Assembly (NCBI GenBank): GCA_963814325.1
Contig: CAWFCK010000002.1
Coordinates: 141,581-205,580, forward strand
Direction of reading: 5' to 3'
Source: an uncultured Flavobacteriales bacterium
Lineage (GTDB): Bacteria > Bacteroidota > Bacteroidia > Flavobacteriales_F > PHOS-HE28
DNA: 64,000 bases
This document shows, in pieces, positions 31,514 to 42,369 of the stretch (within the stretch, counting starts at the first letter, position 1; the number at the start of each line of letters is the position of its first letter). The position numbers and the translations under genes are program-made. The notes under the pieces are model-generated. The model made no database searches and was not told the DNA's origin. It saw only the letters and a list, made by a program, of their open reading frames with translations.

Positions 31514-33100
31514 TCGATTCCTTCACGATCCGCGCGGTGCGTCCATCGGACATCCGCAGCAGGTAGATCCCCGCACCGAGCGGCGAAACATCCAGCGTGT
31601 TCGCGCCATGGCGCAAGTTGATCTCCATCACATCCTTGCCATTGATGTCAACCAGCATGGCAACGACAGCTTGATGTTGCGGCAGAGTGATGATCAGGTC
31701 GATCGCTCGTTGGTACCGGCCATACGGACAGGGTGGGCACCTGATCCTGTTCGGCTGCACCCGTGCTTCCATTGAGAGATCCTGCCGAGCACATAAGACT
31801 GCTGCCCGCCCGTGCCGGTGGAATGCGGCGTGAAGACGAACTCGCCGCTCACATGACTGCTGAAGTACACGGTTCCATCGCCGAAGGTCGCGATGTCCAT
31901 GGCGGTGGTGAAGGCCGCGTTGGGCATGCTGGTGGCGGCCCAGAGCGGTGTTCCATCGGTATCGAACGACACGATGGTCTGCGTGTTCACGCCGAGCGTG
32001 ATGCCATTGCTCACCACGCCATTACCCCAATCCACCATGCCCCTCAACGTGCCGGTGATGTAAGCGTGTCCTTGGTCATCGAGGCCCACCATGGTGCGCG
32101 CAGGAGCGGTGAGGTCGCCGCTGATCGGGCCCGAAACGGGTGAACTTTCGGCGCCCCAGAGGAATTGCCCGCTGCTGTCCGCTTTGGCGAGGAACGCGTT
32201 GTTCACCCAATTAGGGCCATTGAAGAGTACACTGCCCCAGTTGGATGGACTGAACATCGACCCCGCCACGAACGCGTTGCCATCATCATCCACCGCGATG
32301 CTCGGCTGTTGGAACGTGACATCCTCGGCGAACTCCACCCAATCAGCTTGCCCCGCGGCATCGAAACGCAGTGCGAACATGTTGTAGGCGTTCGGCGCTT
32401 GCGTGGCGCTGCCACCGAAGGCGAATCCGCCGAGTCCCGCCGCGCCGCTCACATACATGGCTCCGGAAGGGCTGAAGTCCAGCCCGCCGATCATCTTGGC
32501 CCCGTCGATGAAGCGGATCTCGGCATCATTGCCTTGTTCATCCAGGCGGGAGATGCGTGCCAGGTTGAAGTCGCTTGTGGCATACCAGGCGCGGCCCTCA
32601 GGATCGATCGTGATGGCACTGATCATGCTGGCCTGTGGATCGTTCACAGAGATGTTCCGGCTCCATAGCACCAGACCCGTCGGATCGAACTTGATCACGT
32701 ACTGGTCCAGGTCCCAGCCCACCCCGGTATGGCTTAGAATGGACCCATCGCAAATGGCCAGAGGTCCGATGAACTTGCCTGCCACGTACACATTGCCCAA
32801 GACATCCACGGCTCCACAATCCACCGTGGCCGTGTCGGACATCGTGCAACTCCACAGGGCCTGGCCCGTGGCGGGGTCGATGCGTTCAACGGCGCAGGTG
32901 CCCATGATGTCCTGTCCATAGTTGAATGCTGCGCTAATCAAGCGCGCGCTCATCAGGTTCCCATTGCCCGAGGATGCGAGCACATGGCGCGGCATGGCCG
33001 GGTTCATGGTGTAGGCCACGGGCCAGCTCACCAGCCAGTCGGGCTGCTGGGCCGTAGCGGAGATGGTCAGCAGGAGGGAAATGAACAGCGGTGAGCGCAT
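31473..33100 (-). CDS. SBBP-like beta-propeller repeat protein with T9SS C-terminal sorting domain; 1-2 frame breaks near 31700-31790
   Basis: Signal peptide MRSPLFISLLLTISATAQ (ATG 33100). Repeats of the xVDxxGNxYVxG...KxDxxGxxLW type. The CTD (LIITLPQHQAVVAMLVDINGKDV...GIYLLRMSDG) is in ORF 31473..31772. The 3' end overlaps thiL by 41 bp. Confidence 0.65.
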
Positions 33101-33164
33101 GGGAATGGGAGATCGACGGGATGACCGGAAGCATGCGCCGTTCGTTGCCTCGCGCCGTAGTTGC

Positions 33165-34088
33165 TCAACGTTTCTTTTTGCCTCCGGCACGCGTAGGCCG
33201 CGTGGCCTTGGGCCTGCCCTTGGCGCCATCCTTGGGTGCGGTGGTGCGTGGCGTGGGGCTTGCCTTCCGTATGTGCTGTCCGTCGACCTTGCCTGCGGGT
33301 TTCACCGACGTGTTGCGCGCCTTTCGGGCTGCGGCATGGCGCTTGTGCGCATCGGCATACCGCGCATGCACCGTGGCGCTGTGTGCACGTCGTGGCCCAT
33401 AGATGGCCTGCGCGCGGTTGATGCGGCACGCATGCCATGGGCGATACCAGCCGTGGTGGCGGTGCAGGCCGCGCCAGGAATGCCATGGATGGGGCCGCCA
33501 CGGCTTCCACTAACCAGGGTGCCGCCCCCAGCCCCAAGGCGAGACGTAGGGATAGTAGCGCGGACTGAAGCACCACGGAACAGGGCGCCAGGACCACACG
33601 TTCACCGTTACACGGACGCCCACCAGTTCTGGAGCCGAGGGGCCTTTGGCCGGTCGTGCGCTCTCCTCTTCCGCGAACGGCTCAACGAACGCGTTCGGAC
33701 CGTACAGTTCCTCATCCCCGATGATCTGGAGCGTGGCACTCTCCTCGCCGGTCTTCTCAATGCCGATCACCGCCACATCCTGGCTCTCGGTCGCGCTCAC
33801 CGCCACTTTCATCACCACGTACACGGCATCCCCTTCGCGCTGTGTTTCCACCTGCACGTAGTCGATCTCCCCGTTCCCGTCCAGGTCCAGGTTGTTCACG
33901 TGCGTGCTGTCCGTGTTCAATTCCTCTTCGAACTTTTCCATTTCGATGTTGCGCTTGAACAGGTCCAGCGCGCCTTGCAGGCTGAAGTCGTCGCCGGGAA
34001 GGCCCGTGCTGTCCGGAGCTGCCAGCTCCTGTGCCGTTGCCTGAACAAGCAGCGTAAGGCAGAACAGAGTGGAAAGGATCGTTCTCAT
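33165..34088 (-). CDS. Hypothetical secreted protein with acidic EF-hand-like middle, a W/P/H/R-rich segment and a Lys/Arg-rich tail; interrupted by one in-frame TAG (33510-33512)
   Basis: MRTILSTLFCLTLLVQATAQ signal (ATG 34088). DLDGNGEIDY segment. ...VNVWSWRPVPW..SPWGWGRHPG-TAG-WKPWRPHPWHSWRGLHRHHGWYRPW continues in the same frame to KGRPKATRPTRAGGKKKR (stop 33165). Confidence 0.5.
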
Positions 34089-34201
34089 GGTGTGTGAATG
34101 TACAGGCGTGGGACGGAAAAATGGCTCCATGGTTTGATCGGCACACACGGATCGGCGCCGGTGGCCGTTGCAGGCAGGACCCCCGTGAACCATGCGTCCG
34201 T

Positions 34202-34209
34202 TACATTTG
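34202..34209 (+). promoter_or_regulatory. -7 promoter box (TAcaTTTG) for dxs
   Basis: Perfect TAnnTTTG inside the annotated ORF start region. It favours GTG 34234 as the real dxs start. Confidence 0.4.
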
Positions 34210-34233
34210 TTCTCTTCCGCACAGTCCCACCCC

Positions 34234-36180
34234 GTGGAACATACCCCCGGCACATACCCGCTCCTGGAGCGTATCCAGGTCCCTGCCGACCTGCGCACGT
34301 TGAACGAGGCGCAGCTGGATCAGGTGTGCAAGGAGCTGCGGAACTTCATCGTCGACGTGGTGAGCGTGAAGGGCGGGCACTTCGGCGCCAGCCTGGGCGT
34401 GGTGGAACTCACCGTTGCACTGCATTATGTCTTCAACACGCCCTACGACCAGCTGGTGTGGGATGTGGGCCACCAAGCCTACGGTCACAAGATCCTCACC
34501 GGTCGCCGCGAGGTGTTCCACACCAACCGCCTGTACAAAGGCCTCAGTGGCTTCCCCAAGCGCAGCGAGAGTGAGTACGACACCTTCGGCGTAGGCCATA
34601 GCAGCACGTCAATCGGCGGTGCGCTCGGCATGGCGGTGGCCAGCAAGCTGAAGGGAGAGAAGGACCGCCAGGTGGTGGCCGTGATCGGCGATGGCGCCAT
34701 GACGGCAGGCATGGCCTTCGAGGCGCTGAACCACGGCGGCACGGCCAACAGCGACCTGCTGGTGGTGCTCAACGACAACTGCATGAGCATCGACCCGAAC
34801 GTCGGTGCACTGAAGGAATACCTCACCGACATCACCACCAGCCACACCTACAACAAGGTGAAGGACGATGTGTGGAAGCTGCTCGGAAAGGTCAGCAAGT
34901 TCGGCCCGAACGCACAGGCCATCGCGCAGAAGGTGGAGCACGCGCATGAAGACGGCGCTGCTCAACCAGAGCAACCTGTTCGAGAGCCTCAAGTTCCGCT
35001 ACTTCGGTCCGGTGGACGGGCATGATGTGGAGCGCCTGGTGAAGGTGATGAAGGACCTGCGCGACATCCCCGGCCCCAAGATCCTGCACACCGATCACCG
35101 TCAAGGGCAAGGGCTACGAGCCTGCGGAAGCGGGCAGCCCCACGGTGTGGCATGCGCCCGGGCTCTTCAACAAGGAAACGGGCGAGATCATCAAGGTCGT
35201 GCCAAAGAGCCCGCAGCCGCCGCAGCTACCAGGATGTGTTCGGCCACACCATCGTGGAACTGGCCGAGAAGAACCCGAAGATCGTGGGCATCACGCCGGC
35301 CATGCCGAGCGGCTCATCGCTCAACATCATGATGAAGGCCATGCCCGACCGCGCCTTCGACGTGGGCATCGCCGAGCAGCACGCCGTGACCTTCTCCGCC
35401 GGCATGGCCACGCAGGGACTGGTGCCGTTCTGCAACATCTACAGCTCCTTCATGCAGCGCGCCTACGACCAGGTGGTGCACGACGTGGCCTTGCAGAAGC
35501 TGCATGTGATCTTCTGCCTCGATCGCGGCGGACTGGCCGGGGCCGATGGCCCCACGCACCACGGCGCCTTCGACATCGCGTACTTCCGCTGCATCCCGAA
35601 CATGATCGTGAGCGCGCCGATGAACGAGGAGGAGCTGCGCAACCTGATGTACACCGCGCAACTGCGCGATTGCGGCCCCTTCAGCATCCGCTACCCGCGT
35701 GGCGAAGGCGTGATGACCGAGTGGAAGACGCCCTTCAAGGAGATCATCATCGGCACCGGTCGCAAAGTGCGCACCGGCAACGATATCGCCGTGCTCACCA
35801 TCGGGCACATCGGCAACATCGCCGCCAAAGGCATCGAGACGCTGCAGGCCGAAGGCTATTCCATTGCGCACTACGACATGCGCTTCGCGAAGCCGATCGA
35901 TGAGATGCTGTTGCACGAGGTCTTCGGCAAGTTCAAGCACGTGATCACCGTGGAGGACGGTTGCATTCAGGGCGGCATGGGCAGCGCGGTGCTGGAGTTC
36001 ATGGCCGACCACGGATACAATGCGCAGGTGAAGCGGCTCGGCATTCCCGACAAGTGGATCGAGCACGGCAGCCAGAAGGAACTCTACGCCGAATGCGGCT
36101 TCGATGAGGTGGCCCTGATCGCGGCGGTGAAGGAGATGCTGCCCGTGAAGGGGGAGAAGAAGGTGAGCGCCACGGCCTGA
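34234..36180 (+). CDS. dxs: 1-deoxy-D-xylulose-5-phosphate synthase; about 4 frame breaks between 34950 and 35230
   Basis: [29 protein letters not shown] and [18 protein letters not shown]. Pieces: 34192..35025, 34868..35332 ([17 protein letters not shown]), the 35145 frame ([14 protein letters not shown]) and 35152..36180. Confidence 0.9.
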
Positions 36181-36192
36181 TACCTGAAGGAG

Positions 36193-36402
36193 ATGCGCAC
36201 CGACCCCCGCATCCGGTTCGAAACGAAGGAAGAGAGCAACGCGCGTCGTGAGCGCGAGTTCATGGCACTAACGCCGTGGGAGCGATTGGTGCAATACCTG
36301 CGGGACATCGAGCGGAACCCACCGGCCATTGAAGAGCGCGGCGAGGCCAAGGGCAACTTCATCATTTGGAAGCGAAGGGGAGCCACTCCATCGACTGAAT
36401 GA
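36193..36402 (+). CDS. Small hypothetical protein (candidate antitoxin/regulator of the zeta-like cassette)
   Basis: 69-aa ORF. Its stop overlaps the next start by 4 bp (ATGA). It is charged and helical (KEESNARREREFMALTPWERL). Confidence 0.4.
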   Translation: MRTDPRIRFETKEESNARREREFMALTPWERLVQYLRDIERNPPAIEERGEAKGNFIIWKRRGATPSTE

Positions 36403-36923
36403 GCCGGCTTAAGGCACCCCGTTGCATCATCATCGCCGGTCCGAACGGTGCGGGGAAAACCACCTTCGCTAAGAGCTATCTGGTCCAGGACGCGGACATC
36501 ATAAACTTCCTGAACGCCGACTACATCGCCACCGGGCTTTCTCCGCTTAAACCCGAACGCGCAGCTCGTGCAGCCGGTCGCATCTTGCTCGAAGAATTGG
36601 AACGGCTCACTCGAGCGAGGGAGTCCTTCGCGCTGGAGAGCACCTTGAGCGGCCGCACGTACATCGATTTGATCACGAAATGGAAGAAGCTGGGCTATCG
36701 CATCGAGATCGTGTTCCTGAAGTTGGACTCCCCCGCGATCTCGATGAAGCGTATAGCCGCGCGAGTGGCCCAAGGCGGGCATGACGTGCCCAAGTCTGAC
36801 GTGTTGCGAAGGTTCAAACGAGGCTGGTCGAACTTCGAGGAGCACTACCGCGCCTTGGCGGATGAGCATACGGTCTATGATGCATCGGGTGCCATACCCT
36901 TACTTTTGACCTCGTATCCATGA
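36399..36923 (+). CDS. Zeta-toxin-like P-loop kinase (COG4185-type)
   Basis: Walker A IIAGPNGAGKTTF. LNADYIA, FALESTLSGR, VFLKLDSPAISMKRIAARVAQGGHDVP and VYDASG match the family consensus as I recall it. Confidence 0.7.
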   Translation: MSRLKAPRCIIIAGPNGAGKTTFAKSYLVQDADIINFLNADYIATGLSPLKPERAARAAGRILLEELERLTRARESFALESTLSGRTYIDLITKWKKLGYRIEIVFLKLDSPAISMKRIAARVAQGGHDVPKSDVLRRFKRGWSNFEEHYRALADEHTVYDASGAIPLLLTSYP

Positions 36924-37066
36924 GCACAAAGAAGCCGAGCGAGAAGGTCCAGCGGATCACCCTCGCACTCAAACGCGCCGCCAAGGAAGCCCGCCGGATC
37001 GCCAAGATGCATGGCACCAAGGTGTGGGTGATCCAGGATGGGAAACTCGTGGGATTGAAGCCCTGA
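36920..37066 (+). CDS. Small 48-aa ORF translationally coupled to the zeta-like gene (candidate antitoxin)
   Basis: ATG 36920 overlaps the TGA of the kinase (ATGA). Translates to MSTKKPSEKVQRITLALKRAAKEARRIAKMHGTKVWVIQDGKLVGLKP. Absent from the supplied ORF track because it is under 60 aa. Confidence 0.35.
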   Translation: MSTKKPSEKVQRITLALKRAAKEARRIAKMHGTKVWVIQDGKLVGLKP

Positions 37067-37279
37067 TCACCGCCGCAGCAGCCACGCCACCAAGGTCACC
37101 AGCGCCGAGGCCAGCAGGCAGGTCATCAGCGGGAAATGGAACGAAAACCCCTCCTGTTTAATGTGGATATCCCCGGGCAGGTGACCGATCCAGCGCCACC
37201 AGTTCCCGCGGGTCAGCCAAGGCCAGGCCACCCCGGCCACCAGCAGCAAAAGTCCAGCAAGGAGGAGGGCGCGGCGCAT
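37067..37279 (-). CDS. Small two-TM membrane protein (DUF2905-like)
   Basis: MRRALLLAGLLLLVAGVAWPWL...GDIHIKQEGFSFHFPLMTCLLASALVTLVAWLL. ATG 37279 within ORF 37067..37300. Confidence 0.5.
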   Translation of the reverse strand: MRRALLLAGLLLLVAGVAWPWLTRGNWWRWIGHLPGDIHIKQEGFSFHFPLMTCLLASALVTLVAWLLRR

Positions 37280-37340
37280 GGTGGGGGCGAAGATCGGCAC
37301 CGGGGCGGCCCCTCCGGCATCAACCGATCGGTCCGATCGT

Positions 37341-37348
37341 TACATTTG
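37341..37348 (+). promoter_or_regulatory. -7 promoter box (TAcaTTTG) upstream of rimP-nusA-infB
   Basis: Perfect TAnnTTTG match. Preceded by the palindrome/direct repeat ACCGATCGGT-CCGATCG (37323..37339). Confidence 0.45.
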
Positions 37349-37373
37349 CACCCGAAAGTCGGCTGGAAAGAGG

Positions 37374-37398
37374 AAAGAGGGGGCCGCCCCTCTTTTTT
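37374..37398 (+). terminator. Intrinsic terminator/attenuator in the rimP leader
   Basis: AAAGAGGGG-gccg-CCCCTCTTT: perfect 9-bp stem and 4-nt loop, running into TTTTTTAT. It lies ~25 nt after the -7 box and 24 nt before ATG 37422. Confidence 0.55.
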
Positions 37399-37421
37399 AT
37401 TCCCAGCCCCGCCGGAGCCGA

Positions 37422-37886
37422 ATGATCACCACTGCCATGCTCACCCAAGCGCTGGAGCGCCAACTGGAGGGAACACCACATTTCCTGGTGTTCGCCGAGG
37501 TGCGCCCGAGCGGCAAGGCCATTGTGGAAGTGGACAACGACAAGGCCATCACCCTCAACGACCTCACCTCCATCAACAAGGGCCTGCGCGACACGTTCGG
37601 CGAAGCACTGGACGACATCGAGCTCGAGGTGAGCAGCCCCGGCATGGGCCGCCCCTTCCGCGTGAAGCGCCAGTTCCAGAAGCACATCGGCCGCATGGTG
37701 GAGGTGCTCAAGGCCGATGGCAAGCTCCTTCGCGCACAGCTGGTCGGCTTCGATGATCACGGCATCACCGTTCTCCTCGAGCAGCCCGCCAAGGTGAAAG
37801 GCCGCCCGGCCAAATTGGATAAGGACACGACGGCGATCCCCTTCGCCGACATCAAGTCAACGCAAGCAAGCATCAACTTCAACTGA
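37422..37886 (+). CDS. rimP: Ribosome maturation factor RimP
   Basis: LEVSSPGMGRPF motif and position upstream of nusA. ATG 37422 within ORF 37278..37886. Confidence 0.85.
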   Translation: MITTAMLTQALERQLEGTPHFLVFAEVRPSGKAIVEVDNDKAITLNDLTSINKGLRDTFGEALDDIELEVSSPGMGRPFRVKRQFQKHIGRMVEVLKADGKLLRAQLVGFDDHGITVLLEQPAKVKGRPAKLDKDTTAIPFADIKSTQASINFN

Positions 37887-37896
37887 AGCAAGTGCC

Positions 37897-39136
37897 ATGA
37901 GCACAGTGAACCTCATCGAATCGTTCTCCGAGTTCAAGGAGATGAAGAACATCGACCGGGTGACCATGATGGGCATCCTGGAAGACGTGTTCAAAGGCGT
38001 CGTAAAGAAGAAATACGGCGAAGAAGCCAACGTCGACGTGATCATCAACCCGGACAAGGGTGACCTGGAGATCTGGCTGAACCGCGTGATCGTGGAGGAC
38101 GGCATGAGCGAGGACGACGCGCTGGAGATCGAGCTCAGCGAGGCCCGCAAGATCGAACCCGACTTCGAGGTGGGCGAGGAGGTGAGCCAGGAGATGAAGA
38201 TCCTGGAGTTCCTGCGCCGCAACATCCTTTCGATCAAGCAGAACCTCCAGGGCCGCATCATGGAGCTGGAGAAGGACCACCTGTACAACAAGTACAAGGA
38301 GCGCGTGGGCGAGATCATCACCGGCGAGGTGTACCAGATCTGGAAGCGCGAGACGCTCATCCTCGACGACGAGGGCAACGAGCTGATCATGCCCAAGGAC
38401 CAGCAGATCAAGGTCGACTTCTTCAAGAAGGGCGACAGCGTGCGCGCCGTGGTGTGGAAGGTGGAGATGCAGGGCAACAGCCCACGTGTGATCCTGAGCC
38501 GCACGGCCCCCGAGTTCCTCGAGAAGCTGTTCGAACAGGAAGTTCCTGAAGTGGCCGATGGCCTCATCACCATCAAGCGCATCGTGCGCGAACCCGGTGA
38601 GCGTGCCAAGGTCGCCGTGGAGAGCTACGACGATCGCATCGACCCAGTAGGCGCGTGCGTGGGCATGAAGGGCAGTCGCATCCACGGCATCGTACGCGAG
38701 CTGCGCAACGAGAACATCGACGTGATCAACTACACCAGCAACGACCAGTTGCTGATCCAGCGGGCCCTCAGCCCTGCCAAGGTCGGCAACATCAAGCTGG
38801 ACCTGGAGAACAAGCGCGCCGAGGTGTACATGAAGCCCGATCAGGTGGCCTTGGCCATCGGCAAGGGCGGCCACAACATCAAGCTGGCCGGTCGCCTCAC
38901 GGGCTTCGATATCGACGTGTACCGCGACAGCGATGAGGTGACGGATGACGTCGACCTGTCGGAATTCGCCGACGAGATCGAACCAGTGGATCATCGACGA
39001 GCTGAAGGGCATCGGATGTGATACCGCGCGCAGCGTGATGGAGATCGGACAGGAGGAACTGGTGAAGCGCACCGACCTGGAGGAAGAGACCGTGGTGGAA
39101 GTGCTGCGCGTACTGAAAGCAGAATTGGAGAAATAG
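37897..39136 (+). CDS. nusA: Transcription termination/antitermination factor NusA; one frame break near 38985
   Basis: ORF 37897..39021 contains the S1 and KH domains ([11 protein letters not shown]; [12 protein letters not shown]). The C-terminus [18 protein letters not shown]...LKAELEK is in ORF 38945..39136. Confidence 0.9.
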
Positions 39137-39263
39137 GAAGGGGTTGCTGGTTGTTGGTGAAGAAGAGAGAGGCACACCCGCTACCAGGACGAGCACAACG
39201 AGACCAACGACCAGGACCAACAACCTAAACGCGGGCAGCGCCAGCGGGCATAAGAGGAACTGT

Positions 39264-41956
39264 ATGAGCGAAACGGTGGACAAGGCGATCCGACTGAGCA
39301 AGGTGGCCCGGGAATTCAACCTGGGGCTGCACACCGTGGTGGAGTTCCTGGCCTCGAAAGGGCACCAGGTGGAGCAGAATCCGAACTCCAAGATCTCCAC
39401 GGAGCAATACACCTGCTCGACAACGAGTTCGGCACGGACAAGGCCGAAAAGGTGGCCAGCAAGCAGACCATCCAGGCGCGCCAGGAGCGCGAGAGCGTGG
39501 TGATGCAGACGGTCAGCAAGGAGGCTCCGCGCAAGGCCGCGGCTCCTGTCGAGGCTGCTGCTCCCGCCAAGCCCGCCGCCCCCGCTCCCGTGGCCGAGGT
39601 GGCGCCCGAAGCACCCGCTGCACCAGCCGCCCCCGTGGCGCCCGGCGATGAGGTGATCAAGGCCCGCGCCGAGAAGATGGAAGGGCCCAAGCACCTGGGC
39701 AAGATCGACCTCACCCCGGCGAAGAAGACCACCAAGAAGTCAGCTGCCGCAGCACCTGCGCCGCCCCCGGTTCCCGAAGCGCCCAAGCCTGTTGCGCCCG
39801 CCGCCGAAACGCCCGCACCCGCCGCTCCCGTTGAGCCCGAGACCATCCGGGTGAACGTGGCCAAGCTCGCCGGCCCCAAGCATATGGGCAAGATCGAGCT
39901 GCCTGTGGAGCGCGAGCGCAAACCCGCTGAGCGTCCCGGTGACGATCGCGGCCGCCGCAAACGCATAGTGAAGCCCGGCCCGGTGAACGTGGAACGCACC
40001 GTTCAACAGGAGCAGCGCGCACCCGCGACCGGTCGACCAGGCGAACTGGATGAGAACGCCGTGAAGCGCAAGGTGAGCGAAACGCTCGCGCGCCTCACCG
40101 GTGGTGGCAGCAAAGGCCGTGGTGCCAAGGTGCGCCGTGAAAAACGCGACCAGCGCTACCAGCGCTTCGAAGAGGAGCAGGCCGCCCGCGACCTCGCCGG
40201 TAAGACCCTGAAAGTGACCGAATTCGTGACCGCCAGCGAGCTCGCCTCCATGATGAGCGTGCCGGTCACCGACATCATCAAGGCCTGCTTCGCGCTGGGC
40301 ATGATGGTGAGCATCAACCAACGCCTCGATGCCGAAACGCTCTCCGTGATCGCCGAGGAATACGGCTTCAAGGTGGAGTTCGTCGGTGCCGACAACGAGG
40401 AGAACGTGATGGAGGAGGCCGATGAGCCTTCACGCGTCATCGGTCGTGCCCCCATCGTCACCGTCATGGGTCACGTTGACCACGGTAAGACCTCACTGCT
40501 TGACCATATCCGCAAAGCCAACGTGATCGCCGGTGAGGCCGGTGGCATCACCCAGCACATCGGTGCGTACAGCGTGCAGCTGGAGAACGGCAAGCGCATC
40601 GCCTTCCTCGATACACCGGGTCACGAAGCCTTCACCGCCATGCGTGCACGCGGTGCGCAGGTAACGGACATCGCGATCATCGTGGTCGCGGCGGACGACA
40701 GCGTGATGCCCCAGACGCGCGAAGCCATCAACCACGCGCAAGCTGCGGGTGTTCCCATGGTCTTCGCCTTCAACAAGATCGACAAGCAGGGTGCCAATGC
40801 GGACAAGATCCGCGAGCAGCTCAGCCAGATGAACATCCTCGTGGAGGAGTGGGGCGGCAAATACCAGACGCAGGAGATCAGTGCCAAGAAAGGCACCGGC
40901 GTCGATCAGCTCCTGGAGAAGGTGCTGCTCGAAGCGGAGATGCTCGACCTGAAGGCCGACCCGGGCAAACGCGCCATGGGCGTGGTGATCGAAAGCACGC
41001 TCGAACAGGGCCGCGGTTACGTGACCACCCTGCTCGTTGAGGCGGGAACGCTGCACAAGGGTGAAGTGCTCCTCGTGGGCCAGTTCAGCGGTCGCGTACG
41101 GAACATGTTCAACGAGCGCGGTCAGGCCGTGCTGGAAGCAGGTCCGTCAACGCCGATCTCCATCCTCGGTCTGGACGGTGCGCCCAACGCGGGCGACCAC
41201 TTCTACGTGATGGAGGACGAGCGCGAAGCCCGCACCATCGCCACGCGCCGCCAGCAACTGCAGCGCGAGCAGGGCATGCGTACGCGCAAGCACATCACGC
41301 TGGACGAGATCGGCCGTCGCCTCGCCATCGGCGACTTCAAGGAGCTCAACATCATCGTAAAGGGCGACGTGGACGGATCCGTGGAAGCGCTCACCGATTC
41401 GTTGTTGAAGCTCAGCACCGAGAACATCAAGGTGAACGTGATCCACAAGGCCGTGGGCCCGATCGCCGAGAGCGACGTACTGCTGGCCTCCGCCTCCAAC
41501 GCCATCATCGTCGGCTTCCAGGTGCGCCCCACGGTGGGTGCGCGCAAGCTGGCCGAGACCGAGGAGATCGAAGATCCGCATGTACTCCATCATCTACAAC
41601 GCCATCGAGGAGCTCAAGCAGGCCATGGTGGGCATGCTGGCGCCGAAGGAGGTGGAGAAGGTCACGGGTACCGCGGAAGTGCGCGAGGTCTTCAAGATCA
41701 GCAAGGTGGGCTCCGTTGCCGGCGCTACGTGCTCGACGGCAAGATCGATCGCAAGAACAAGGTGCGCCTCATCCGCGATGGCATCGTGGTGTACACCGGC
41801 GACCTCGATGCGCTCAAGCGTTTCAAGGACGATGTGAAGGAGGTGACGCACGGATACGAGTGCGGCCTCTCCATCAAGAACTTCAACGACATCAAGGTCG
41901 GCGACCACGTGGAAGCCTTCGAGATGGTGGAGGTGAAGCGGACGTTGGAGGGATAG
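39264..41956 (+). CDS. infB: Translation initiation factor IF-2; 3 frame breaks (~39410, ~41575, ~41720)
   Basis: N-terminus [21 protein letters not shown] in the 39144 frame. Ala/Pro-rich linker. [13 protein letters not shown]-domain. The segment [25 protein letters not shown] sits in frame 41538..41837 between two compensating shifts. Confidence 0.9.
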
Positions 41957-42149
41957 TCCCTACTTGGTTGTCACTCCGGACCTATTTGGCCCGCCTTAGC
42001 GGTATGCGAAAGCCTGGACGCGCAGAACGCCGCATGCGGGCGATGATCATTTGGTTGTGGACCTGTGATCCTTCCGATGTGAATGGTCCCCCAGAAGTTG
42101 GTTTTCTGAAAATGATCCGCCACCTTCACGGGTGATAAGAGGACTGCAT

Positions 42150-42360
42150 TGCTCCCGGCCCTCACGGTACAAACCCTCCAAACGTGTACAGTGATGAAAC
42201 GCAATTATCTCTTGAATGCCGACTATGTGTCCGCTCCGTGCGCGCCTCGGAGGGTGGGATCCTGTGGGATACACGCTCTGTGGAACCGGGTACCTACACC
42301 GTTGAACTGATCGACGGACCGAGGCATTTGGTGACCACTCGTGTTGTTGTCACGCCTTAA
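42150..42360 (+). pseudogene. Possible degraded T9SS C-terminal-domain remnant (orphan 3' fragment)
   Basis: Frame 1 ends ...GGILWDTRSVEPGTYTVELIDGPRHLVTTRVVVTP-stop (42358-42360), the typical tail of a CTD. The upstream part is only recognisable across frames (..IISL.NADYVS..). No N-terminal body. Confidence 0.3.
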
Positions 42361-42369
42361 CCTGGGGCC

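Noticed and set aside
33063-34097. 344-aa plus-strand ORF and other ORFs at 33067..33597
   Set aside because: The minus-strand gene 33165..34088 explains the region as a single frame with one TAG. The plus-strand translation is compositional noise.
37879-39177. 432-aa minus-strand ORF (and 37857..38609)
   Set aside because: Antisense to nusA. No recognisable domain. High-GC shadow ORF.
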